Shown: piece by piece, positions 47,888 to 58,727 of the stretch | How the letters are laid out: the number at the start of each line of letters is the position of its first letter | How positions within the stretch are numbered: the first letter of the stretch is position 1 | From: an uncultured Candidatus Poseidoniales archaeon | GTDB taxonomy: Archaea > Thermoplasmatota > Poseidoniia > Poseidoniales > Thalassarchaeaceae | Reading direction: 5' to 3' | Assembly (NCBI GenBank): GCA_964013425.1 | Contig: CAXGWC010000002.1 | Coordinates: forward strand, 22,818-86,817 | Length of the DNA stretch: 64,000 bases | The notes under the pieces: model-generated | What the model was told of the DNA's origin: nothing | The model's input: the letters and a program-made list of their open reading frames with translations, nothing else | Databases searched by the model: none | Position numbers and translations under genes: made by a program

Positions 47888-49039
47888 CTATCCAATGAAC
47901 TCTACGGTCCTGCTCCTCAGATTCCTCATTTGAGTGTGCAATGCCGCACCATGAATCTGCTCGCTCTTGACTCCTGTGAGAACTAACAGTACTCTAATTC
48001 CATCTCCCATATTCGGGTCCGTTGTAGCTCCCCAAATTATCCTCGCATATGGATTGATTTTATCTCTAATTATTTTCGCACAGGACTCGGCATCCCCTAG
48101 TGAGAGACTTGGTCCTCCCACGACGTTTACCAAAGCACCTCTTGCATCTGAAACATCAATATCCAGCAGCGGAGATTGCAAAGCCTCCTCAGTAGCTGCC
48201 GCTGCCATTCCCTCTCCTCGGGCCTCTCCAAGACCAATCATTGCAACTCCCCCGCCGTTCTCCATAACAGATCGGAGGTCCTGAAAGTCAAGATTGACAA
48301 CCCCTTCCTTCGCAATCATCTCAGAAACTCCCTTGATACTACGCATGAGTAGCTCATCCGCTACTCTGAATGCTGCATCGAGTGGTAACTCTCTAACGCC
48401 CTCAACCTCTAGTAATCTCTCATTCGGAAGAACCACAACGGTGTCACAAACCTCTCTGAGCCTCTCAAGTCCCCACTCGGCATTCTGCCTCCTCAGTGCC
48501 CCTTCGGAAAGGAACGGATAGCTAACCACTGCAATCGTCAAGGCCCCAGCGGCCCGGGCCAGTCTGGCTACTACGTGAGCACTGCCAGTCCCAGTGCCAC
48601 CTCCGAGTCCGGCTGTGATGAAAGCCAGATCACATGCTTCAATCTCTGCTTTCAACGATCTCTCGGACTCGTAGGCGGCCTGCTCTCCTTTTTCGGGATC
48701 TCCTCCAGCGCCCCTGCCTCGCGCTGATCTCCCAATCAGTATCTTGTTTTGAACGGCTACTCGCAACAAGTGCTGCGCATCAGTGTTAACTGCTATGCCT
48801 CTGACGTAGTCGTCGTCGAACAAATCCTCATGCTCTAGTCTTGCTACAGTGTTGGAACCACACCCTCCACAACCGAACACTCTGATCTTTGGTTGTAAAG
48901 ACATCAAAAGGCTCTGTAGCTCCGGATCGCTCTCTGTGTCTATTCGTCCAGTGGGCAATTCGGACTCTTCATCAAGCTCCAGAACTCTGTTGATGAGATG
49001 CTTCACGGAGCCGAGGCGAGTATTACAGAGGATAACCAT
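47888..49039 (-). CDS. ftsZ: cell division GTPase FtsZ
   Basis: Tubulin signature GGGTGTGSAHVVARLAR, T7 loop, GCGGCGSN. Confidence 0.92.
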   Translation of the reverse strand: MVILCNTRLGSVKHLINRVLELDEESELPTGRIDTESDPELQSLLMSLQPKIRVFGCGGCGSNTVARLEHEDLFDDDYVRGIAVNTDAQHLLRVAVQNKILIGRSARGRGAGGDPEKGEQAAYESERSLKAEIEACDLAFITAGLGGGTGTGSAHVVARLARAAGALTIAVVSYPFLSEGALRRQNAEWGLERLREVCDTVVVLPNERLLEVEGVRELPLDAAFRVADELLMRSIKGVSEMIAKEGVVNLDFQDLRSVMENGGGVAMIGLGEARGEGMAAAATEEALQSPLLDIDVSDARGALVNVVGGPSLSLGDAESCAKIIRDKINPYARIIWGATTDPNMGDGIRVLLVLTGVKSEQIHGAALHTQMRNLRSRTVEFIG

Positions 49040-49093
49040 TACCCCAAATGATACACGGTATGTCGCTATTTACTCAGGCGTAAACATTTGCCG

Positions 49094-49768
49094 TCAGAGC
49101 AACTGACTGCGTGTCTTGATGAACCTAATCAAGAAAGTGTAAACTCCGCCCCATGCAGATATGGCAAGAGCGAATGTCATACCGTTAAGCTCGTTATTTC
49201 CTAGATTGAACACTTCCATTACCCAGTGCAATGAATCTAGAGATATTCCAGCCGTTCCTGTATAGGCCTGCCAAGAGGCCATAAGTAGGGCCAGAATTGT
49301 TAGAACCATCCTATCGGCCCGAGAGAATCCTCCATAGATCCTGCCGAGTCCTACTGACTGTGCCTGTGTGCCCATGTAAGACCCAAATAGTGTCAGCAAC
49401 CCCGCTATTAGACCACTGCTATAATCATCAACAAAATTTGAATTCATCCCTATGGCCACGAGTAATCCCACATCCACCACTCTGTCAATGGTATGGTCTA
49501 GGAAGTCACCATATGCGCCGTCTGTTCCTTGATGTCTCGCCAAGGCCCCATCCAGAGCGTCCAGAATACCCGCAACTAGGATAAGTAAAACCCCTCCGAT
49601 AATCCATATGGCCCCACTCGAGTCATTCCCGGCTTGCGAAAGGAGATAGAAAGATGCGATTGCTATTCCCAGACTCGTCCATGTTAACACGCTAGGATCC
49701 AAACTACCCATTCTCACGACAAGTGGCTGTATCGCCTTGGTCCATCTTTCCCTCATCTTTTCGAACAT
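49094..49768 (-). CDS. CDP-alcohol phosphatidyltransferase family protein (archaetidyl-inositol-phosphate/serine synthase-like)
   Basis: DALDGALARHQGTDGAYGDFLDHTIDRVVD = D-G-x2-A-R-x8-G-x3-D-x3-D motif; membrane protein. Confidence 0.8.
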   Translation of the reverse strand: MFEKMRERWTKAIQPLVVRMGSLDPSVLTWTSLGIAIASFYLLSQAGNDSSGAIWIIGGVLLILVAGILDALDGALARHQGTDGAYGDFLDHTIDRVVDVGLLVAIGMNSNFVDDYSSGLIAGLLTLFGSYMGTQAQSVGLGRIYGGFSRADRMVLTILALLMASWQAYTGTAGISLDSLHWVMEVFNLGNNELNGMTFALAISAWGGVYTFLIRFIKTRSQLL

Positions 49769-50310
49769 TAGGCGACCTCCTCTTCTATCCAGTCTATTCC
49801 CGTGTTGGGGGTCTTAGGCTTGAAGCCATCTGATATCCACGCCCGAATCAGTTTAACAATTGACCGAGCCGGGATCTTCGAGGTATCAAACTCAGTCCAT
49901 GGAATCGCAGAGTGATAATCATTCCATGGTCCCCCGATTAATTCCCACTCCACATTTGAATCGGACTTAGTATCATCATATCCACGCTCATTCATGCGAC
50001 TACGAAGTATGTCGGGCCTACAACGAAGTACTACGACACCGTCTACTGGTAGCAAGTGTGAGAGATGACCATCAATAAAAGTCAATTTTTGAGGAGGCTC
50101 AATCCACAACTTTTCGAGTATATCTGAGAGTATATTGATATCGATTGGACGAGCCCCATCGTTGAGATCAACATCCTCAATACATTCGTGTTCTACAGCA
50201 AGCTCCTCAACCGTGACTATCTCAAATTCACCCCTACCGAGGAGTGCGCATACACTACTCTTGCCCGTTGCAGGAGTTCCAGTCAGTGCCAGTCTCCGCA
50301 CACCTTGCAT
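49768..50310 (-). CDS. adenylate kinase isoenzyme 6-like / Fap7-type P-loop kinase
   Basis: P-loop LTGTPATGKSSV, ~180 aa, COG1936-like architecture. Stop/start overlap with the downstream gene. Confidence 0.65.
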   Translation of the reverse strand: MQGVRRLALTGTPATGKSSVCALLGRGEFEIVTVEELAVEHECIEDVDLNDGARPIDINILSDILEKLWIEPPQKLTFIDGHLSHLLPVDGVVVLRCRPDILRSRMNERGYDDTKSDSNVEWELIGGPWNDYHSAIPWTEFDTSKIPARSIVKLIRAWISDGFKPKTPNTGIDWIEEEVA

Positions 50311-50434
50311 GCACCTCGACTATAGCGAGAAGCAATGAACACTCCTGCTAAGGCGCAAATCAAACTGGATCGAGGGTGCTATGCTACTAGGCACTTACCT
50401 CGTCTTGGGAGCAGCCTTTTTGTTCCATCCATGA

Positions 50435-51934
50435 TCAGAAAGGAATTTCCAGCATCCCCACTGAGTCATACAGACTGGGTCCACTCCCTAGGTAGTACAC
50501 AGACCCGAGCCTACTTCTTGAGTCCTCGGCGGTTGAATTGAAATCAGACGCACAGGAGTCTACGCACCCATCCGCGAATGCCACGTAGACTCTGCCTTCC
50601 CTGTCTATGTGCAGGTCATTGAAGTCCAATAGATTTCTATTCGAACCGCCAATGTCACGGCAATCTCCGCTGTTGAGGCAGATGCTGCCAATTTGAACTG
50701 GGTCAGGAGAAACCCTAACTGTGTGGAAAACAGGAGATGAGTCTAGAGCATTTAGGCTGAATGTAATGTAAAGGTAGTAACTGACATTAGTAGTGGCGTA
50801 GTGGGCATTTCCAGTCCAATTCTCACCGTCAATATCTGGCTTTCCGAGCTCACTCGAGTTCTCACTTCCAAGATAGGTTATGGCTATCTTACCCGGATCT
50901 CCTGCGTCTACTTGGGGGAATGTAGTGGATATTACTTCCTTCGGACTTATCCGGATACTGGTCTGCTCCCATGTCTCTCCGGAGTCAATACTCCTTGACA
51001 TGTAGACTCCCTCATCACCACCGGTCCAGATATGGTATGCGTTAGATTGTGTATCTGTGGCAACCTCCGAGTTCTTCCTTGGGTATGGAGTTCCTACGTC
51101 CTCTCCCATCGAGTGCTCGTCCCAACTGAAGCCATTGTCCTTGGAAACTATTACAGTGGGAGTTTCAACTCTGGGGGTGACATAGACGGTCCCATCAGGC
51201 GCACTCGTTATCGCGCCATGCAGTCCGCCGTTAGAGGTGGCCAATCCGAAAATCTGTCCACCTGCTTCGAATGTCGCTCCTCCATCGAAGCTTGTGAAGC
51301 AGAAAATACCGATCCCTTTATTGTAGCAATAGTAGACAGCTTGATCGTAAAATGATTGGGAGAGAGAACCCCCTATTCCGTACCCACTACTGGTCCAAGG
51401 CCCGGTCGCGAGCTTGATGTGATCATTCAATGGCGTAGTGCCAGAATCATGTGGATTACCGAGCCAGCTTTCGCCATCGTCGTCACTCCAGCATATCCAG
51501 GATGTTTCGAGTCCCTGCATCTGGACATTGAAAATACGATCAGTGACAGGATCAACCCAACCGTATGGATCACTTGTAGTGAACGAACACTCCGGGCCAG
51601 TCACTTCCTCCCATGACTGTCCGAAATCGCATGATCGCATCACTTTTTCAAATGCTATGAAGAAAATGCAACCACTGGATGTAATCCCGATGCTCGGCTC
51701 GGCACCCTCCTCGCCTACATCGCTGAAAACGAACTCTAACGGGAGGGGGGGAATATCCAGAGACTCGCCGTCGGGCCCAGTAACGAAGATACCAGTATCG
51801 GTATTCAAGCTCTCTTCAGCCCCGTCTACGTCACTGTTGGTGTGTATACAACCAAGCCCTGAAAATGATAGCATCATGACGACGATAAGCGTTGACCCCG
51901 TCTTCATGTTCAACGCGGCTGGGAGGTCGCACAA
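50435..51934 (-). CDS. BNR/Asp-box repeat beta-propeller lipoprotein (sialidase-like fold)
   Basis: Signal peptide plus lipobox-like SGLGC; multiple Asp-boxes (SDDDGESW, SFDGGATF, SKDNGFSW, SIDSGETW). Confidence 0.7.
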   Translation of the reverse strand: MCDLPAALNMKTGSTLIVVMMLSFSGLGCIHTNSDVDGAEESLNTDTGIFVTGPDGESLDIPPLPLEFVFSDVGEEGAEPSIGITSSGCIFFIAFEKVMRSCDFGQSWEEVTGPECSFTTSDPYGWVDPVTDRIFNVQMQGLETSWICWSDDDGESWLGNPHDSGTTPLNDHIKLATGPWTSSGYGIGGSLSQSFYDQAVYYCYNKGIGIFCFTSFDGGATFEAGGQIFGLATSNGGLHGAITSAPDGTVYVTPRVETPTVIVSKDNGFSWDEHSMGEDVGTPYPRKNSEVATDTQSNAYHIWTGGDEGVYMSRSIDSGETWEQTSIRISPKEVISTTFPQVDAGDPGKIAITYLGSENSSELGKPDIDGENWTGNAHYATTNVSYYLYITFSLNALDSSPVFHTVRVSPDPVQIGSICLNSGDCRDIGGSNRNLLDFNDLHIDREGRVYVAFADGCVDSCASDFNSTAEDSRSRLGSVYYLGSGPSLYDSVGMLEIPF

Positions 51935-51957
51935 TTATGTTGCCCCGAGGAAACCTC

Positions 51958-53004
51958 TCACTCTACTACTACAATCCAACCGAATTCATCGGGTGCGCGC
52001 CTCTGCTGGATAGCAGTCAGCTCCTCGTATAACTGCCTAGTCACGGGGCCAACCTCGCCCCCATTGTACTCTGATACCTTGTCTCCGTACTCGATCTTTC
52101 CAATCGAAGAAACTACCGCGGCTGTACCTACACAGAAGCACTCATCCGCCTCCATTGCGTACTCAACGTCAACTTTTTCTTCCCTCACCTCGTAACCTCT
52201 CGAGGAAGCTAGCTCAATAATCGAGGACCTTGTTACCCCTGGCAGTATCGTCCCAGTAAGCTCTGGGGTTGATACCACACCATCCTTCACACAGAAAAAG
52301 TTCGCAGCACCGACTTCCTCTATGTATCTGTGATTGACTGCATCCAGATATATGATCTCAGAGTAACCCTCCTTCTTCGCCATCTTGGATGGAATCATCC
52401 CAGGAGCGTAATTTCCTATCGCCTTTACTCCTCCAGAGCCACCAGGAGCGGCCCTGTGGAATTTATCGGATACCCTCAGTGAAGTCGGGGTTATACCTCC
52501 TTTGAAGTAGGGCCCTACGGGTGATGTGAAAACTAGGAAGGTGTACTCAGGTGCAGGCGCAACCCCCAGAATAGGGCCACTACCCATCAAAAGCGGTCTG
52601 ATGTACAAGGCCCCCTTGCCCATCGGGGGAACCCATCTGGAGTTCTCTCTGACAGCACTAATGACTGCGTCTAGGAACATTTCTTCTGGTACAGGAGGCA
52701 TTCCAAGCCTCCTTGCACCTTCCTGAGCGCGCCTAGCGTTCTGCTGAGGCCTGAACAGAACTATGCTGCCATCAGAAGCCCGTTGCGCTTTGAGGCCTTC
52801 AAAGAGCCCTTGCCCATAGTTCAGAACACCAGCAGCAGGGGAGATCACCAAATCCTCGTAGTCCTTCATGGCACCTTTCTCCCACTCGCCCCCAATCTCG
52901 CATTTCGCCATATACATCCTGTCTGTCTGAGTGAAGCTGAAGGTCAGAGAATCCCAGTCGATTTCCGGTTCAGTATCACTTGGCATTGGCAGTCCCCTGT
53001 GCAC
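51958..53004 (-). CDS. ilvE: branched-chain amino-acid aminotransferase
   Basis: PLP fold-type IV motifs (GLFEGLKA, EVGAANFF, LTGTILPGVTR). Confidence 0.88.
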   Translation of the reverse strand: MHRGLPMPSDTEPEIDWDSLTFSFTQTDRMYMAKCEIGGEWEKGAMKDYEDLVISPAAGVLNYGQGLFEGLKAQRASDGSIVLFRPQQNARRAQEGARRLGMPPVPEEMFLDAVISAVRENSRWVPPMGKGALYIRPLLMGSGPILGVAPAPEYTFLVFTSPVGPYFKGGITPTSLRVSDKFHRAAPGGSGGVKAIGNYAPGMIPSKMAKKEGYSEIIYLDAVNHRYIEEVGAANFFCVKDGVVSTPELTGTILPGVTRSSIIELASSRGYEVREEKVDVEYAMEADECFCVGTAAVVSSIGKIEYGDKVSEYNGGEVGPVTRQLYEELTAIQQRRAPDEFGWIVVVE

Positions 53005-53121
53005 ACGGAAGCAAGTCGGCTTTCAACGATTACGCAAAGATTCCCTCCCGGTACTCTTATGGCCTTCTTCTGAGACATAGTTTGAAGGCGGTGTGTTGCC
53101 CGCTAACATTGAGGCGAGCTG

Positions 53122-55743
53122 ATGGAGTGGCAGGGCAGAATGTGCATTGTCTCCGGCTCGTACCAGTCTATCGACTCCACTGTTCCAAAAACAGTGGTAG
53201 AGTTGTGGTGCAGGGCGGAGGACGGGCACTCGGTTGTACTACTGGTTCATGGCCTCCGGCCTTACTTTGACATCGCTATACCGGGAGCCCCCAGACCGGA
53301 ACAAGACCCTGACCTGGAGTCAGTATCTGGAATGGGCGAGGTTGTCGAAGTCTCGGACCCGGTCATGAAATGGACAAGACACGGAATGAAGAGGCATTGG
53401 AGGGTCTATGCCAACCAACCCTACTCAGTAAGGAATCTCCGTAAGAAACTGGATAATTGGGAGATTACAAGCGCGGACATACCGTTTCAGAACCGTCTGA
53501 TGCTGGATCTTGATCTTGGGCCTCATATCAATGCAAGGGGAGAGGTTCTCTGGGCGGGTGAAAGAGCACCCGATGCCGTAAAAAACAGTTCCAATACTGA
53601 CCCATCCTTAGCTGAGGAAATTGTATTGAAAGACGGTGGGTCCGGAATATACCCGGTTGACATGATAGTTTCCTGCAATCTCGAAGGATTATCCAGAACC
53701 GAGCCCTTCCCCGCCCCCTTCGTTACTTTCTCTTTTGATCTTGAGACAAGTATTGCCACAAATCGAATACTCTGCGCAGCAGCGGTAATAGATCGTGCTG
53801 GGAAGCGTTCGGAGCACCAGTTCAGAGGCGAAGAGAGGGAAATTATGGAGGGGCTAACCGCCCTCGTTAGAGAGCAAGATCCAGACTTCATCACCGGGTA
53901 CAACATCGATAATTTCGACCTCCCTAGAATGCAGGAGAGGGCCGAGGTAATCTCCCCAAGGCCGAAGTACAGTAGATCACCTCTGTTCGGTTGGGGCAGA
54001 GTTCCCATGAAAGAAGGGGAGGGGAAACGGATTTTCCCAACTAGGCAGCAAAACAGGGTCTGGAGAATCCCTGGAAGAATCCCCATGGACGCATGGTGGC
54101 AGGCTCGACAGACACTGAGGCCACAAAGGGAGTCATTGAGGTACGTATCGCAGCTTCTATGGCCCGAGGACGAGGACATGAGGAAGCTCGACGTGGATGC
54201 AAGTAAGATGGACGAGGAGTGGGCTGCTAGACCCGATGTGGTGATGGAGTATTGTGTTAGAGATACTCATCTCCCCCTAGATATTCTGGGGCATCTTAAA
54301 GCCACAGCAAGGAAGGAAGCCCTTGCTTCAGTATCACTAACTGCAGTCGAGACAGCCGCTAATGGCACCACCAGCCAATGGATTGACTCATTGGTTATGA
54401 GACTGGCAGACAAGGAGTCGATAGCCGTACCAATGACAAATGCTGGACCCAGGAAGAGAGATCAGATTGCAGGAGGCTACGTGCATGAGGTCGAGCCAGG
54501 AATGGAGCCATGGGTAGTCGTTCTAGACTTCAAGTCGATGTATCCCTCGATCATGATTTCCAACAACATTTGCTCTACTACCCTTGTAACTGATGGAAAT
54601 ACGGGCGAATCACACAGTGTTTCCCCAACAACTGGAACCAGATACAAGTCAAAGGAGGAAATGAACGGGCTAGTCCCTAGGCTTTTAGAGGACTTAATGA
54701 GAAAGAGGGACCTATACAAGAGGGGCATGGAGGAGGCACAGGAGAGAAATGATCCAGTCGAGGCCTTCCTACTGGACCAACTGCAGTACGCGGTAAAGAT
54801 ACTGATGAACTCATTCTATGGGGTATTTGCGTCTAGTTTCTACAGGTTCACGCACCCAGACTTAGGGGCTAGCATAACAGAATGGGCTAGGCACAATATC
54901 AAAGCGATAATATCACAAGTCGAGGAAGGTGGCAACGACGTCATTTACTCGGATACAGACTCTATTTTCGTGAAGTCACCAGTGGACTCAGGAGCTCCGA
55001 CGAACCGATCCGAAGACCCGATAGTCTCGAAGAAATGGAAAAAGGCCAAGGAGGAGACCTTGGAGTTCGGGGAGGAGCTGGCGAGTAGATTCACAAGAGA
55101 GGGCGCTGAGTTAGAATTCGAGACAGCGCTTTCCGCATTCTTCAGCCATGGTGCCAAAAAGAGGTATGTCGGAAGAGTAGTGTGGCCCAGGGAAGAGATG
55201 CTCATTAGAGGCTATGAGGTGAGGAGGACCGACTCTTTTGATTTACTCTCTGAGACAATGACAGAGATGTTCGAGATGCTTCTCGATGGGAACACAGAAG
55301 GAGCTGTAGATATGACGAAGCTAGCGATCGACGAGGTTCGTGGGGGGGATGTCGACCCATCTAGATTAGTAATCAGCCGATCATGCAAGGGTAAGTGGAA
55401 CTCAAAGAAGAACGAATGGGATTTCGACAGTGTCTACGCTAATCCTGATGGCTTGCCATATGTCAGAGCCGCCAAGCAAAGAATTGCAGCAGGACTTCAA
55501 TTCACACCGGGAATGAAGGTAGGGTATGTAATTACTAGGCCAGAAGGTGGCGACAAGAAGCTCGGAGTCAAGGCATGGCTTGTCGACGAAATCGGTGGTG
55601 AACCACCTGAATACGATACAGATTACTACGCTAAGCGCCTGGCCAAATCCCTCGGGCGGGTTACAGAGGCATTCGGACAGGGGGAGAAGGAACTATTGGA
55701 TGGAGCTAGGCCCAAGGGCCAGAAGAGCCTCCTAGACTTCTAG
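53122..55743 (+). CDS. polB: family B DNA polymerase (PolB)
   Basis: Exo motifs (FDLET, YNIDNFDLP), Pol motifs (SLYPSI, KILMNSFYG, YSDTDS). 873 aa, no intein. Confidence 0.92.
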   Translation: MEWQGRMCIVSGSYQSIDSTVPKTVVELWCRAEDGHSVVLLVHGLRPYFDIAIPGAPRPEQDPDLESVSGMGEVVEVSDPVMKWTRHGMKRHWRVYANQPYSVRNLRKKLDNWEITSADIPFQNRLMLDLDLGPHINARGEVLWAGERAPDAVKNSSNTDPSLAEEIVLKDGGSGIYPVDMIVSCNLEGLSRTEPFPAPFVTFSFDLETSIATNRILCAAAVIDRAGKRSEHQFRGEEREIMEGLTALVREQDPDFITGYNIDNFDLPRMQERAEVISPRPKYSRSPLFGWGRVPMKEGEGKRIFPTRQQNRVWRIPGRIPMDAWWQARQTLRPQRESLRYVSQLLWPEDEDMRKLDVDASKMDEEWAARPDVVMEYCVRDTHLPLDILGHLKATARKEALASVSLTAVETAANGTTSQWIDSLVMRLADKESIAVPMTNAGPRKRDQIAGGYVHEVEPGMEPWVVVLDFKSMYPSIMISNNICSTTLVTDGNTGESHSVSPTTGTRYKSKEEMNGLVPRLLEDLMRKRDLYKRGMEEAQERNDPVEAFLLDQLQYAVKILMNSFYGVFASSFYRFTHPDLGASITEWARHNIKAIISQVEEGGNDVIYSDTDSIFVKSPVDSGAPTNRSEDPIVSKKWKKAKEETLEFGEELASRFTREGAELEFETALSAFFSHGAKKRYVGRVVWPREEMLIRGYEVRRTDSFDLLSETMTEMFEMLLDGNTEGAVDMTKLAIDEVRGGDVDPSRLVISRSCKGKWNSKKNEWDFDSVYANPDGLPYVRAAKQRIAAGLQFTPGMKVGYVITRPEGGDKKLGVKAWLVDEIGGEPPEYDTDYYAKRLAKSLGRVTEAFGQGEKELLDGARPKGQKSLLDF

Positions 55744-55758
55744 CATCTTATCGTAGGG

Positions 55759-56985
55759 TTGATTTCATACGACCCTCCAGCCGTATCCATGAGAGGGGGC
55801 AAGTCTGCGGGCCTGATGATGGTCATGATGATGATTTTCACTTCACTGGCCGGCTGCATGGATGTTCTCGGAAGCAACAGCCCCCCTACTGCAAACATGA
55901 CAGTTGACCCCTCTGGCTCTGTCAGGGCGGGAGACAGCATCACGTTCAGTGCTGTCGGGTCCTCAGATCCCGATGCCGACCCCATGACGTTCACATGGAC
56001 ATTCGGAGATGGAAACACTGGAAACGGACTTACCACTAGCCATTCATATGCTCAGCCCGGTGAGTATTCCGCCAAGCTTGCCGTGAGCGATGGTACCCAT
56101 GAAGTCACCACTAGCATGCTGATAACCGTCATCGACTCAACTGCAAGAGAGCCCCATGCGGAAATCTCCCCCAACAAAGACGATAACTGTGATGGCGACT
56201 CCCCTCCGAACGGAGATTTCGTCATGATTTGGGTATGCGAAGACAAGGAAATCGATGACAGGCAGGTTTCCGTCTCAACTACAGTGTCCCTGGACGGTTC
56301 GGGATCATGGGCCGGCTGTGATCCCGATGACTCTAATTGCTACGCGGAGGAGTACATAGTTAGCTATGAGTGGGACTTGGATAGGAACACTGACTCGGAC
56401 GAGGATGGGATCAAGGACAATGATGTTGATGCTACTGGAGAGATAGTGCAATGGGAGGACATGCCAGCCGGAGCTTGGGATATCAGGCTGACCGTCACGG
56501 ACAACAATGGACTCAGTCACTATGATGATTCCACAGTCTATATCAACTACCAAGGGAAGTGGAGTGACTTCGAGATGGATAGGAGGATTCAGGATCCAAT
56601 TACAATGACCTGGGACTTCCCAGTAACCTATGACGAGGATACCAAGGATAGAATCAGATATCTCAGAACCAAGGTAGACTACCCCCAGCAAGATGACGAT
56701 CAAGCAGGAGGGGGACTAGGAGGCGGACCAGTCACTACCACAGATAACAAGCTAGATATCTACCTTTACAACAGTACTGAGGATGAGATCGCCAACTCAA
56801 CCGGGCTGTCTAACGATAATCGTAATGCAGGAGACTGTGGTTCAGACGACTATTGTGTGTGGCTGGTGATAGGGGCCTCCACGGTTAGGGGCTTTCTTCC
56901 AGGCGAATGGTCCGCGGATTTAGTCAACGAGGAGACACATACGACAAAGGTCAACTATTTCATAGTGGAGCTTCAGTATAGATAG
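55759..56985 (+). CDS. PKD-domain surface lipoprotein
   Basis: Signal peptide with lipobox-like SLAGC; PKD motif (FSAVGSSDPDADPMTFTWTFGDGNTGNG...SHSYAQPGEYSAKLAVSDG). Confidence 0.7.
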   Translation: MISYDPPAVSMRGGKSAGLMMVMMMIFTSLAGCMDVLGSNSPPTANMTVDPSGSVRAGDSITFSAVGSSDPDADPMTFTWTFGDGNTGNGLTTSHSYAQPGEYSAKLAVSDGTHEVTTSMLITVIDSTAREPHAEISPNKDDNCDGDSPPNGDFVMIWVCEDKEIDDRQVSVSTTVSLDGSGSWAGCDPDDSNCYAEEYIVSYEWDLDRNTDSDEDGIKDNDVDATGEIVQWEDMPAGAWDIRLTVTDNNGLSHYDDSTVYINYQGKWSDFEMDRRIQDPITMTWDFPVTYDEDTKDRIRYLRTKVDYPQQDDDQAGGGLGGGPVTTTDNKLDIYLYNSTEDEIANSTGLSNDNRNAGDCGSDDYCVWLVIGASTVRGFLPGEWSADLVNEETHTTKVNYFIVELQYR

Positions 56986-57096
56986 CCCCAACGGCACACT
57001 GCTCACCACTTCGGTAACTGGTAGCGGAAAACGCTCTTGGGGAACGATTCATATACGCCCCTTCGGTCGGCGGGCCACACTTAGAGGTGTTATAAT

Positions 57097-58380
57097 ATGG
57101 GTTCACAGTGGGAAGACAAGAGCAAGCCGCATCTGAATATCGTGTTCGTAGGGCACGTAGATCACGGAAAGTCGACGACAGTTGGTCGTTTGCTTCTGGA
57201 CAGCGGTCACATCGAAGCGCACGTAATTGAAAAGAATGAGAAGCTAGCTGCCGAGGCAGGAAAGGCCGGATTCGGTCTGGCCTATGTCATGGACGGCCTG
57301 AAGGAGGAGCGCGCACGTGGTATCACCATCGATGTAGCTCACAAGGAGTTCTACACTCCTAATTATTACTTCACTATCATCGACGCTCCCGGTCACCGTG
57401 ACTTCGTCAAAAATATGATCACAGGTACAAGCCAGGCGGACGCTGCAGTACTGAATGTGGCTGCTAACGACGGTGTCAATGCACAGACAAGAGAGCACGC
57501 GTTCCTAGCAAGAGTTCTCGGCGTCAGCCAGCTAATCGTCAATGTCAACAAGATGGACATCAGTGGTGTTGACTGGTCTCAAGACAAGTACAACGAGACC
57601 GTAACTGAGGTTAGCGCCTTGCTAAAGGGCGCCGGCTACAAGCCAGATGAGATCACCTTCGTACCATGTAGCGCTTTCCATGGCGACAACGTGTTCAACA
57701 AGAGCGAAAACACCTCGTGGTACAGCGGACCTACTCTGTTTGAGGCAATCGACGCTATTGAGATGCCACCAAAGCCAACTGACAGGCCTCTACGCCTGCC
57801 AATTCAGGACGTTTACAAAATCAGCGGTATCGGAACCGTCCCAGTAGGAAAGATCGAGACTGGTGTTCTCAACACTGGAAAGACAGTCATCTTCAACCCC
57901 AGCCAGAAGTCTGCTGAGGTCAAGAGCATAGAGATGCACCACACAATGGTCGACAAGGCCGAGCCAGGCGACAACGTCGGTTTCAACGTACGTGGACTCG
58001 CAGCAACTGACATCCGCAGAGGAGACGTCGCTGGATACGGAGAGAGCGAGCCTGTATTCGTCCGACATGACGAGACTTTCGTTGGAAACATCCAGATGAT
58101 GGAGATACCAAAGGCAATCGGAGTAGGATACACTCCAGTGTTCCACGCTCACACCGCTCAGGTGGCTGTTCGATTCGTCGAGCTCATCAAGAATCTAAAG
58201 ACCGGAGAGACCCCTGCATTCCTCAAGTCTGGAGATGCAGCAACAGTAAGGTTCCAACCAACCAAGCCAATGGCTATCGAGGTCAAGGACAACTTCCCTG
58301 AGCTCTGCAGGTTCGCAATCCGTGACATGGGCAAGACCGTCGCAGCCGGAATGTGTATCGCAATCGAGAAGAAGGCTTAG
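57097..58380 (+). CDS. tuf: translation elongation factor 1-alpha (aEF-1A)
   Basis: [22 protein letters not shown]; GAGGTG RBS upstream. Confidence 0.95.
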   Translation: MGSQWEDKSKPHLNIVFVGHVDHGKSTTVGRLLLDSGHIEAHVIEKNEKLAAEAGKAGFGLAYVMDGLKEERARGITIDVAHKEFYTPNYYFTIIDAPGHRDFVKNMITGTSQADAAVLNVAANDGVNAQTREHAFLARVLGVSQLIVNVNKMDISGVDWSQDKYNETVTEVSALLKGAGYKPDEITFVPCSAFHGDNVFNKSENTSWYSGPTLFEAIDAIEMPPKPTDRPLRLPIQDVYKISGIGTVPVGKIETGVLNTGKTVIFNPSQKSAEVKSIEMHHTMVDKAEPGDNVGFNVRGLAATDIRRGDVAGYGESEPVFVRHDETFVGNIQMMEIPKAIGVGYTPVFHAHTAQVAVRFVELIKNLKTGETPAFLKSGDAATVRFQPTKPMAIEVKDNFPELCRFAIRDMGKTVAAGMCIAIEKKA

Positions 58381-58397
58381 GCGTAAGGTGAGTATCA

Positions 58398-58727
58398 ATG
58401 CCCGTCGTCACCACTATCAGACTGACGGGGGAAAATCACACTGACGTAAATCAGGTCTGTGATCAGATAAAGACAATATCCGATGAGACCGGAGTCAAGC
58501 TTCGAGGTCCAATCCCCCTCCCAACCAGAAGGATAGTCGTTCCTTGCAGGAAGAGTCCAGATGGAGAGGGTGCCGAGACATGGGATCACTGGGAGATGAG
58601 AGTCCACAAGAGACTTCTGGAGCTGGTAACCAACACTTCCAGGGATGAGAAGGCGCTGAGAAAGGTCCTGAGGATACCAATCCCAGACTCGGTCACCATC
58701 GAACTCTCACTGAGAAACCTAGGTTAA
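58398..58727 (+). CDS. rps10: 30S ribosomal protein uS10
   Basis: 109 aa; canonical position after tuf; RIRLTG...GPIPLPT pattern. Confidence 0.92.
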   Translation: MPVVTTIRLTGENHTDVNQVCDQIKTISDETGVKLRGPIPLPTRRIVVPCRKSPDGEGAETWDHWEMRVHKRLLELVTNTSRDEKALRKVLRIPIPDSVTIELSLRNLG